Of a DNA stretch of 64,000 nucleotides, positions 56,415-64,000 are shown piece after piece; the stretch's first letter is position 1; every line of letters starts with the position of its first letter. The stretch comes from an uncultured Desulfarculaceae bacterium (lineage in GTDB: Bacteria > Desulfobacterota > Desulfocorpusculales > Desulfocorpusculum). The position numbers and the translations under genes are program-made. Location of the stretch: positions 1,889-65,888 of the forward strand of contig CAZEPJ010000014.1 in the NCBI GenBank assembly GCA_964514105.1, in the 5' to 3' direction. The notes beneath the pieces were generated by a model that was not told the DNA's origin, searched no databases, and saw only the letters and a program-made list of their open reading frames with translations.

Positions 56415-58537
56415 GCCTGAATGCCGCCCTCTCCCTGGTGGGGGCCTCCCTGGGGGCTTCCGCGGCCCTCTTGGCCCTGTGGCGCCACCCCCGGGGCTTC
56501 GTGCACCGGGTCTTCGCCCTTGGGATGGGGGCCCTGGGGGCCGAGGCGGTCCTCCTGGCCCTGGCCCACGAGGCCCCGTCGCCCGGCGGCGTTCTGGACC
56601 TGGAGCGGTGGCGGGCCCTGGTGGCGGCCCTCTTGCCGGGGATCTGGCTCCTGTTCAGCCTGAGCTTCGCCCGGGATCAGCACCGGGAGTTCCTCCGCCA
56701 ATGGCGATGGGTCATCGCGGGGGCCTTTGCGGCCCCCCTGGCCCTGGCCGCGGCGGGGCGGCCCTGGCTCCTGGGCCCCGAGGCCGTCAGGGACCCCGAG
56801 ACGGGCTGGGTGGTGTTCCTGGGGTGGGCGGGGTCGGCCCTGGCCGTCGTCGCCGTGCTGCTCACGGTGCTGGTGCTCATGAACCTGGAGCGGACCCTCC
56901 GGGCGGCCACGGGCCACGGCCGCTGGCAGCTCAAGTTCATGGTCCTGGCCGTGGGCGGGCTCCTGGCCCTCCGCGTGTACACGGGCAGCCAGGCCCTCCT
57001 GTTTCACAGCGTCAGCATCCCGCTTCTGCTGGTGCACGGCCTTGCGCTGATCCCGGCGGCGGCGTTGATTTTCCTCGGCTTCCAGAGGGCCCGGGTCATG
57101 GCCCTGAGCCTGCGGGTGTCCCACAGCGTGCTGCAGGGATCCGTGACCCTGATCATCGTGGGCGCCTACTTCCTGGGGGTGGGCCTCCTGGCCAAGCTGC
57201 TCTTGTGGCTCGACGCGGCCCAGGACCTCTCCTCCCGGGTCCTGTTCATCTTCCTGGCGCTGTGCGGGCTCATGCTGCTTTTGCTGTCCGACCGGGTACG
57301 CTACCGCACGAGGCGCTTCGTCGCCCGGCACTTCCACAGGAGTCGACACGACTATCGCCGCATCTGGAGCGACTTCTCCCGGCGCACCGCAGCCCTGGTG
57401 GACCCGGACGAGGTGTGCCGGGAGGTGGCGGGGATCCTCTCCGAGGCCTTCGAGGCCCTGGCTGTCCATCTGTGGATGGCCGAGGGCGACGGGGCGCGGC
57501 TGCGCCTGGCCGCCTCCACGGCGCAGGGAGCAGGGCTCCTTCGGGACCTCGAGGGCATCCGGGCGGCGGTCCAGGACGCGGCCGGGGCCCTGGACGACCG
57601 GGATGGGCCCGCGGACCTGGCCGACCCCCGTGCCCAGTGGGCCCTGGAGCTCATGGCGCGCCGCGGGGAGGCGTTGGACGCGGCCGGGATCCGCTACTGC
57701 GTGCGGCTCGCCGCGGGCGATGAGCGGGTGGGCCTGATCAGCCTGGGCAAGCGGGTCAGCGACGCGCCCATGGACGCCGAGGACATGGACCTCCTCAAGA
57801 CCCTGGCCGACCAGACGGCGGCCACCCTCCTGAACCGGAGACTGGCCGAACGGCTCAGGCAGGCCAGGGAGATGGAGGCCTTCCAGTCCATGTCGGCCTT
57901 CATGCTCCACGACCTCAAGAACCTGGGCAACAAGCTGTCGCTCACCGCCCAGAACTTCCCCGTCCACTTCGAGAACCCCGATTTCCGCAGGGATGCGGCC
58001 CGGGTGATGGAGCAAAGCGTGGAGAAGATCAAGGGGCTGTGCGGCCAGCTCGCCCTCCTGCGGCAGACCCTGGAGCTCCACCGATCCAGGACGGACCTCA
58101 ACGCACTGGTCCGGCAGGCCGTTGGCGAGCTGGACGGGCTGCTCGGTGCCCGCGTGGAGCTGGATTTGGGGGAGCTTCCCCCCCTCGACCTCGACCGTGG
58201 GCAGCTCCAAAAGGCCCTGGTCAACCTCATCGCCAACGCCAACGACGCCGTGGGGAAGGCCGGGGAGATCCGGGTCAGCACCCGCCTCGAGGATGGGGCC
58301 GCGCTCCTCTCGGTGTGCGATAATGGGTGCGGCATCCCCCGGGCGTTCCTGGAGAAGTCCCTGTTCCGTGCCTTCCGGACCACCAAGAAGCAGGGAATGG
58401 GGATCGGCCTGTTCCATGCCAAGGCCATCGTGGAGGCCCACGACGGAAGGATCGAGGTGGAAAGCGAGGAGGGCAAGGGAAGCCGTTTCAGGATCGTCCT
58501 GCCGCTGGAAAGCAAGCGCCAGGCCGGTGAGAGGTGA
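56411..58537 (+). CDS. prsK: PEP-CTERM-system sensor histidine kinase PrsK
   Basis: Multi-TM N-terminal region, GAF-like middle, H-box …FMLHDLKNLGNKL…, and an HATPase_c domain (…NLIANANDAV…DNGCGIP…GMGIGLF…). Confidence 0.8.
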   Translation: MSLNAALSLVGASLGASAALLALWRHPRGFVHRVFALGMGALGAEAVLLALAHEAPSPGGVLDLERWRALVAALLPGIWLLFSLSFARDQHREFLRQWRWVIAGAFAAPLALAAAGRPWLLGPEAVRDPETGWVVFLGWAGSALAVVAVLLTVLVLMNLERTLRAATGHGRWQLKFMVLAVGGLLALRVYTGSQALLFHSVSIPLLLVHGLALIPAAALIFLGFQRARVMALSLRVSHSVLQGSVTLIIVGAYFLGVGLLAKLLLWLDAAQDLSSRVLFIFLALCGLMLLLLSDRVRYRTRRFVARHFHRSRHDYRRIWSDFSRRTAALVDPDEVCREVAGILSEAFEALAVHLWMAEGDGARLRLAASTAQGAGLLRDLEGIRAAVQDAAGALDDRDGPADLADPRAQWALELMARRGEALDAAGIRYCVRLAAGDERVGLISLGKRVSDAPMDAEDMDLLKTLADQTAATLLNRRLAERLRQAREMEAFQSMSAFMLHDLKNLGNKLSLTAQNFPVHFENPDFRRDAARVMEQSVEKIKGLCGQLALLRQTLELHRSRTDLNALVRQAVGELDGLLGARVELDLGELPPLDLDRGQLQKALVNLIANANDAVGKAGEIRVSTRLEDGAALLSVCDNGCGIPRAFLEKSLFRAFRTTKKQGMGIGLFHAKAIVEAHDGRIEVESEEGKGSRFRIVLPLESKRQAGER

Positions 58538-60054
58538 TGGACATGGCTCGCGAATCCGCATCCCCGCCCCCTTCCCCCCCGGACAGACCCAAGCTGCTGG
58601 TGGTGGAGGACGACGAGGAGCTGCGCTCCCAGATGAAGTGGGCCCTGGGCCGGGAGTACCACGTCTTGACGGCCGAGGACCGGGTCGGCGCCCTGGAGAT
58701 CCTGAGGGCCGAGGAGCCCGCCCTGGTGACCCTGGACCTGGGGCTGCCGCCCGACCCGGCGGGCGCCGAGGAGGGCTTTCGGACCCTGACCGACCTCCTG
58801 GCCCTGACCCCCCACGCCAAGGTGGTGGTCATCACCGGCCGGGCGGAGCGGGAGAACGCCCTGAGGGCCGTCGCCCAGGGGGCATACGACTACTTCTCCA
58901 AGCCCATCGAGATCCAGGACCTCCGGGTGGTCCTGGGGCGGGCCCTGTACCTGCACGGCGTGGAGGCGGAGAACCGGCGGCTCAGGGCCGCCTCCTCCCA
59001 GGACGCCTTCGAGGGGATGCTGGGCGCCAGCCAGCCCATGCAGGAGGTGTTCGCCAAGATCCGCAAGGTCGCCACCACCGAGGCCCCCGTGCTCCTGGTG
59101 GGCGAGAGCGGCACGGGCAAGGAGCTGGCCGCCAGGGCCATCCACCGGCTGGGTCCCCGGGGCCGGGGGCCGTTCGTGGCCATCAACTGCGGGGCCATCC
59201 CCGAGACGCTCCTGGAAAGCGAGTTGTTCGGCCACGAGAAGGGCTCTTTCACGGGCGCCCACGTGCAGAGAAAGGGGCGGGTGGAGATGGCCCAGGGCGG
59301 GACGCTCTTTTTGGACGAGGTGGGCGAGCTGTCCCCCATGCTCCAGGTCAAGCTCCTGCGGTTCCTCCAGGAACAGCGAATCGAGCGGGTGGGCGGGAGG
59401 GAGGAGATCGCCATCGACGCGCGGGTCATGGCGGCCACCAACGCGGACCTCCAGAAGGCCATGGAGGAGGGGCGCTTCCGCCAGGACCTGTACTACCGGC
59501 TGGGCGTGGTGGTCATCGCCCTCCCCCCCCTGCGGGAGCGCCCCGGGGACGTGGAGCTCCTGGCCAGGGCCCTGGTGGAGAAGTTCTCGGTCGAGGGCCG
59601 CAAGCGCATAACGGGATTCACCGCCGCGGCGCTCAAGGCCATGGTCCAGCACAGGTGGACGGGCAACGTGCGGGAGCTGGAAAACCGCCTCAGGAGAGCG
59701 GTGATCATGGCGGAGGGGACCCGGCTCACCCCCGAGGACCTGGAGCTGGCCTCCAAGTACGCCAGGTACGAGGGGCTGGGGCTCAGGGAGGCCAGGGAGG
59801 GCCTGGAGCGGGAGTTGATCCTCCAGGCCGTGGCCCACAACCAGGGCAATCTCACCCAGGCCGCCGCAGACCTGGGCATCAGCCGGCCGACCCTCTACGA
59901 TCTCATGGACATGCGGGGGATGGGGAATGGCGGGGGGTTGGGGGGGGGGGGGGGGGGGGGGGCGGTGGGGGAAGAGAAGGTCAGGGGGACCCGGGGCGAC
60001 GGACACCCATCGGGGGAGAGACCATGTCGAATGCGGAAAGCAAGGCGGCGGTGA
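58534..60054 (+). CDS. prsR: PEP-CTERM-box sigma54-dependent response regulator PrsR (Fis-type HTH)
   Basis: Receiver domain (LLVVEDDEELR…LDLGLPP), sigma54 AAA+ domain (GESGTGKE…GSFTGA…), and a C-terminal HTH (…LTQAAADLGISRPTLYDLMDM). The ORF then runs through a 23-G homopolymer, which adds a Gly-rich tail up to the stop at 60052-60054. Confidence 0.85.
   Translation: MMDMARESASPPPSPPDRPKLLVVEDDEELRSQMKWALGREYHVLTAEDRVGALEILRAEEPALVTLDLGLPPDPAGAEEGFRTLTDLLALTPHAKVVVITGRAERENALRAVAQGAYDYFSKPIEIQDLRVVLGRALYLHGVEAENRRLRAASSQDAFEGMLGASQPMQEVFAKIRKVATTEAPVLLVGESGTGKELAARAIHRLGPRGRGPFVAINCGAIPETLLESELFGHEKGSFTGAHVQRKGRVEMAQGGTLFLDEVGELSPMLQVKLLRFLQEQRIERVGGREEIAIDARVMAATNADLQKAMEEGRFRQDLYYRLGVVVIALPPLRERPGDVELLARALVEKFSVEGRKRITGFTAAALKAMVQHRWTGNVRELENRLRRAVIMAEGTRLTPEDLELASKYARYEGLGLREAREGLERELILQAVAHNQGNLTQAAADLGISRPTLYDLMDMRGMGNGGGLGGGGGGGAVGEEKVRGTRGDGHPSGERPCRMRKARRR
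59940..59962. repeat. Homopolymeric poly-G tract (23 consecutive G) at the 3' end of prsR, 61 nt upstream of the prsT start
   Basis: Read directly: …ggcggggggttg + g23 + cggtggggg…. Reading the 23 G in the prsR frame gives L+7xGly+A. Confidence 0.9.
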
Positions 60055-62387
60055 GGGGCCATGACGCCTCCGGGCGGCTCGTGACCGGCGGTCCGCGGCG
60101 TCCCGGGGACAAGGGACGCGGGCTTCGGTTCATCCTCGTGGCCAGCGCCGCTTTGGTCCTGGCGCTGGCCGGGTGCGGCGACGCCCGGTCCAAGAAGGCC
60201 AGGCACCTGGAGCGGGGGGACGCTTATTTCAAGGAGGGCAAGGTCAACGAGGCGGTCATCGAGTTTCGAAACGCGGTCAAGATGGACCCCAAGGACCCCC
60301 GGGCCCACCATTGGCTGGGCCTGTCCTATCTGCGGAGCGGCAATTTGCGGGACGCCTTCTCGTCCCTGACCGAGGCCGTCCGTCTCGACGAGAACCTGCT
60401 CGACGCCCAGGCCCAGCTGGGCCGCATGCTCCTTCTCGCGCGGGACCTCCCCAAGGCGCGGGAGAAGGCCGATCTCATCCTGGGAAAGGACCCCCGGCAC
60501 GTGGAGGCCCGTCTCCTCATGGGGGACATCCACCTGGCGGAGGGCAAGCCGGACCAGGCCCTGGGGGAGCTGCTGGCGGCCGTGGACCTCGACCCCAAGC
60601 GGGCGGAGCTGGAGATAAAGCTGGCGGGCGTCTACACCCTCAAGGGCGATTTCCCCAAGGCCGAGGAGGCCCTCAAGGAGGCCTTGAACAAGGACGAGAA
60701 ATCCATCCAGGCCCGCCTGGCCCTGGCCAACTTCTACCTGGGGCGGAACCGGCCGCAGGACGCGGAGCGGGAGTTCGGCAGGGCCCTGGAGCTGGAGCCC
60801 AGGAACCTGGCCGTGGCGGCGAGCCTCGCCAACCTGCACCTGCGTGCCAACCGGCCCGAGGAGGGCGAGCGGGTCCTTCTGGCCGCGGCCGATCGGTCGC
60901 CCAAGGAGGCCGGCCCCCAGCTGGCTCTGGGGGACTACTACACCGCCTGGCACAAGCCCGACAAGGCCGAGGCGGCTTACAGGCGAGCCATCGAGGTGGA
61001 TCCCCGCAACACCCCGGGCCGGCAGAAGCTGGCGGCCCTTCATCTGAACCGAGGGGAGCGGGAGGCGGCGGAGAAGTACGTGGACGAGCTCCTCAAGATC
61101 AACCCCCAGGACCTGGACGGCCTGATCCTCCGCGGCCGGCTGCTCCTGAGCCGCAGGCAGCACGAGGAGGCCGTGGCCCAGTTCCAGAGGGTGGTCAAGG
61201 AGGCCCCCCAGAACCCCATGGCCCACTACTTCCTCGGCCTGGCCTTGGTGGGCAAGGGGGATGTCCAGCAGGCCAAGGGCGCCCTTTTGAAATCCGTGGA
61301 GCTCAATCCCAGGCTGGGGGAGGCGCGGATGCTGCTGGTGGACCTGCACCTGCGGGCCGGGGCCGCCGACGAGGCGCTGGCCGAGGCGCGCAGGATGGCG
61401 GAGACCGACGGCCGCAGCTGGCGCGCCCAAGCCACCCTGGGGCGGGTGCACCTGGCCCGGCGGGACGGCGACAGCGCCAAGAAGGCGTTCGAGGAAGTGA
61501 CCCGCCTGGCCCCCCAAAACCCCCTGGGCTATCACTACCTGGGGCGGCTGGAACTGGCGGAAAAGCGGTACCCGGAGGCGTCCGCCATGTTCGAGAAGGC
61601 CCTGGCCCTGAACCCCGGCGACGCGGGCTCCATGCGCATGCTCGCGTACGCCCATGTGCTGCAGGACGACCGGGAGGGGGCCCTCCGGCGGGTCGATCAG
61701 CAGCTGGGCAAGGCCCCGGACAACCCGGCCTTCCACCAGATCAAGGGGAACCTGCTTTTCGACCAGGGAAGGCGCAAGGAGGGGGAGCAGAGCCTCAAGC
61801 GGGCCATCGAGCTGGCCCCCGGCGACCCGGTCTACTACGAGAACCTGGCCTCCATCTACGCCATGCAGAACCGCCTGGACGAGGCCGTGGCCGAGTTCAA
61901 GGCGGCGGTGGAGAAGGATCCCAGGTCGGTGCGGGCCTGGATGTCCCTGGGCGTGCTGCACCAGCAGAGGAAGGCCCTGGACGCTGCCAGGGAGGCGTAC
62001 AGGAAGGTCCTGGGCCTGGAGCCCAACTTCGTTGCTGCAGCCAACAATCTGGCCTGGCTCGAGGTGGAGCACGGGGGCAACGTGGACGTGGCGCTGGGCC
62101 ATGCCCAGCGGGCCAAGGAGGCGGCCCCCGACCACCCGTCCGTGGCCGACACCCTGGGGTGGATCTACTACCACAAGAAGGTCTACGCCACGGCCCTGGG
62201 GCACCTGAGCGAGGCGGCGGAGAAGATGCCGGACAACCCCACCGTCCGCTTCCACCTGGGCATGACCCACGCCAAGATGGGAAAGAAGGAGGACGCCCGC
62301 CGGGAGCTGGAGCGGGCCCTGGAGATCAACGGTGCCTTCCCCGAGGCCCAGCGCGCCCGGGATGCCCTGAAGGAGCTGGGGAACTGA
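60024..62387 (+). CDS. prsT: PEP-CTERM-system TPR-repeat lipoprotein PrsT
   Basis: RBS GGGGGAGAG before the ATG (MSNAESK…). Lipobox LALAGCGD. About 18 TPR-like repeats along 788 aa. Confidence 0.8.
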   Translation: MSNAESKAAVRGHDASGRLVTGGPRRPGDKGRGLRFILVASAALVLALAGCGDARSKKARHLERGDAYFKEGKVNEAVIEFRNAVKMDPKDPRAHHWLGLSYLRSGNLRDAFSSLTEAVRLDENLLDAQAQLGRMLLLARDLPKAREKADLILGKDPRHVEARLLMGDIHLAEGKPDQALGELLAAVDLDPKRAELEIKLAGVYTLKGDFPKAEEALKEALNKDEKSIQARLALANFYLGRNRPQDAEREFGRALELEPRNLAVAASLANLHLRANRPEEGERVLLAAADRSPKEAGPQLALGDYYTAWHKPDKAEAAYRRAIEVDPRNTPGRQKLAALHLNRGEREAAEKYVDELLKINPQDLDGLILRGRLLLSRRQHEEAVAQFQRVVKEAPQNPMAHYFLGLALVGKGDVQQAKGALLKSVELNPRLGEARMLLVDLHLRAGAADEALAEARRMAETDGRSWRAQATLGRVHLARRDGDSAKKAFEEVTRLAPQNPLGYHYLGRLELAEKRYPEASAMFEKALALNPGDAGSMRMLAYAHVLQDDREGALRRVDQQLGKAPDNPAFHQIKGNLLFDQGRRKEGEQSLKRAIELAPGDPVYYENLASIYAMQNRLDEAVAEFKAAVEKDPRSVRAWMSLGVLHQQRKALDAAREAYRKVLGLEPNFVAAANNLAWLEVEHGGNVDVALGHAQRAKEAAPDHPSVADTLGWIYYHKKVYATALGHLSEAAEKMPDNPTVRFHLGMTHAKMGKKEDARRELERALEINGAFPEAQRARDALKELGN

Positions 62388-62563
62388 GGCCTCGCCGCGC
62401 GCCCCGCAGGCGGCCCGCGCCCCCTTACGGACCTTCCCAACCCAAGGGACCCGACAGACCCAACCACCAAAAAGATCGTTCGTCGTCAAACAAAAAGTGC
62501 GTGTCTTCTTGGATGTACCGCCCCCTTGTCCGCTCCCTCGCCACGGTCGTCCCCAAGATCCAC

Positions 62564-62604
62564 AAAAAAAGGTGGGCCCGAGGCTTCATGCTCATGACCC
62601 ACCT
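62564..62604 (-). terminator. Rho-independent terminator after the PEP-CTERM protein gene, on the minus strand
   Basis: On the minus strand GGTGGGTC…(loop)…GGGCCCACC followed by T7 (plus-strand A7 at 62564-62570). Confidence 0.45.
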
Positions 62605-62640
62605 TCCCCATACCTTCGATGAAAAGACGGTTGGTCTGGT

Positions 62641-63333
62641 TCACCTCTTGCGGTGCCGCATCCTGTTCCCTGCAACCCCCACTGCGAGCAACCCCAGCCC
62701 CAAGAGCATGAGGGTCCCTGGCTCAGGGACATACACCAAGCAGAGCTGGGATTGAGCATACGTCCATTTGCTTCCATCCGGCCACATCAGGTTCATGACC
62801 CTCACGGCATATCCATTCTCGCCAGTCCAGCTGCCGTGGTAAAGTGCATCATTATAGAGAGCCAAAGCAAGCCCGGATAAGCTTGAAGGAGCATACTCCC
62901 CCTCCAGGGCCCAGATGGCGATCTGGACCGCATTGGCGAGGTCATTCGAATACTGGTACCCCAGATCCCCGCGGATGTAGTGATAATAGAGCCAGGCTGC
63001 CGCCCCTGAAAGAGGATCAGGATTTCCCCCACCCTGCCCACCCTCCACCGCACTGTCGGAGATGCTCTCGATGGTGAACGACGACGAGTAGTCTATGTAT
63101 TCATTCTTCTCTATGCAGAAGGATATGAAATCGGAAAACAACGCGCTTTGCGACTTGATCCAGAACTCCCCTCCGTTCGTCGTCCCGTAGGTCCCGTCTG
63201 ACAGCTGGACCTTTGTGCCCACCGCACCCTCTGGGACCGGGATCAAAGGATACGACCCCGCATCGGCGACCCACAGGCTCGCGGCCAGCAGACCAACCAG
63301 CAGCGTATATACCGTCTTTCGCCCCATCGTCAT
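62641..63333 (-). CDS. PEP-CTERM sorting-domain protein, a secreted exosortase substrate of unknown function
   Basis: RBS GGGAGGG, signal peptide, and the C-terminal sorting signal VPEPGTLMLLGLGLLAVGVAGNRMRHRKR (PEP motif, TM helix, basic tail). The gene sits in a visibly AT-richer segment than its surroundings. Confidence 0.8.
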   Translation of the reverse strand: MTMGRKTVYTLLVGLLAASLWVADAGSYPLIPVPEGAVGTKVQLSDGTYGTTNGGEFWIKSQSALFSDFISFCIEKNEYIDYSSSFTIESISDSAVEGGQGGGNPDPLSGAAAWLYYHYIRGDLGYQYSNDLANAVQIAIWALEGEYAPSSLSGLALALYNDALYHGSWTGENGYAVRVMNLMWPDGSKWTYAQSQLCLVYVPEPGTLMLLGLGLLAVGVAGNRMRHRKR

Positions 63334-63840
63334 CACACCCTCCCACATGTCGTCGCTGGAATCGATCCTTCAGCACGTCGTTGTTTTCTTAGCCAGAACC
63401 GTACCGCTTCACGCCACACTGACAACCACACCCCCCGGCTCGCAATTAACCAATTGTTTTTATTAAGCTTGGATGGCAAGCACGGGCTGGAAGCAGATCT
63501 CAGGCTGGCGCCCATCGCTCCGAGAAAGGATCGAGCTCTGGTCAAGTCCTCCGACGTCCAAAAGGCCCAAGGACCGCACGCGTCGCCATTATGAAAAATA
63601 ATAACAATAGGATAGCATCCGCCGAATCGCCCGAAGACCTCGTAAACTTTTCCGACATCCGCGATCTTGAGGGGGGCGGCTCAGCCTGGCCGGCGTCCCC
63701 CTCACACCCCTGCCCCCACCCCCTCGCCAAAGCCGGGCACCCGCGCCTCGTCCGTTCCCCATCATCAAGACCAAGCCCCATGGGTCCTTTTGTGGTCCGG
63801 CCGGGATCACTTGATCCCTCAGCGCCGCCGGCCCCCGGTG

Positions 63841-64000
63841 TCACACCCCCAGACGCCGGCGCACCTCTTCCACGACCCTGGCGTCGGCCGGCTCACGCAA
63901 GCGGCGCAACGCCTCAGCGCGCTCCACGATCCCTTCCCTCACCAGTTCGGCCATCTCCATGGCATAGGGATGGAAGCCGTATCTGCGCAGGTGCGCCTGG
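63841..64000 (-). CDS. 3' end of an unidentified minus-strand gene; its 5' part lies beyond the window
   Basis: The open frame ends …YGFHPYAMEMAELVREGIVERAEALRRLREPADARVVEEVRRRLGV*. No family is assigned. Confidence 0.35.
   Translation of the reverse strand, partial: QAHLRRYGFHPYAMEMAELVREGIVERAEALRRLREPADARVVEEVRRRLGV

Noticed and set aside
1-64000. CRISPR arrays, rRNA or tRNA genes, and transposase or IS elements
   Set aside because: No regularly spaced direct repeats, no cloverleaf-like tRNA candidates apart from the tmRNA tRNA-like domain, and no transposase-like ORFs were seen on reading both strands.

Overview
High-GC (~65-70%) chromosomal window from a Gram-negative bacterium, probably an anaerobic delta-proteobacterium-like lineage (iorAB, an Fe-S-type MnmA, PEP-CTERM/exosortase genes). 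The first ~38 kb is mostly housekeeping: livHMGF plus an orphan TRAP substrate-binding protein, OmpA and MltB, iorAB with a TrpB2, RNase G, PilT, an acyl-CoA dehydrogenase, a NIL-ferredoxin/mnmA/mtaB operon, a YgiQ radical SAM protein, CspA, Rrf2 and LolE. The tmRNA gene ssrA (tag ADNYDYALAA) lies at 38388-38739 on the minus strand. After ssrA the window becomes accessory: four secreted paralogous proteins at 39214-45697, each opening with a fibronectin-III-like domain followed by PKD, FG-GAP or W-rich Ig-like repeats, one of them carrying a perfect 2x261-bp tandem duplication. These are followed by a complete PEP-CTERM/exosortase exopolysaccharide locus. It comprises Wza-like exporter, chain-length determinant, AAA ATPase, tyrosine autokinase, outer-membrane beta-barrel, exosortase and the PrsK/PrsR/PrsT regulatory trio. 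A single PEP-CTERM substrate gene sits in a visibly AT-richer patch, alongside a second split BY-kinase-like pair. The most notable points are: a 23-nt poly-G tract between prsR and prsT whose slippage would fuse or truncate the two genes; a ~130-bp intergenic element present in three copies immediately upstream of minus-strand genes, two of them inside the EPS locus; and three small proteins at unrelated loci sharing a ~70-aa C-terminal domain. No CRISPR array, rRNA, tRNA, integrase or transposase was found. Many long ORFs in the six-frame track are antisense shadow ORFs typical of high-GC DNA.
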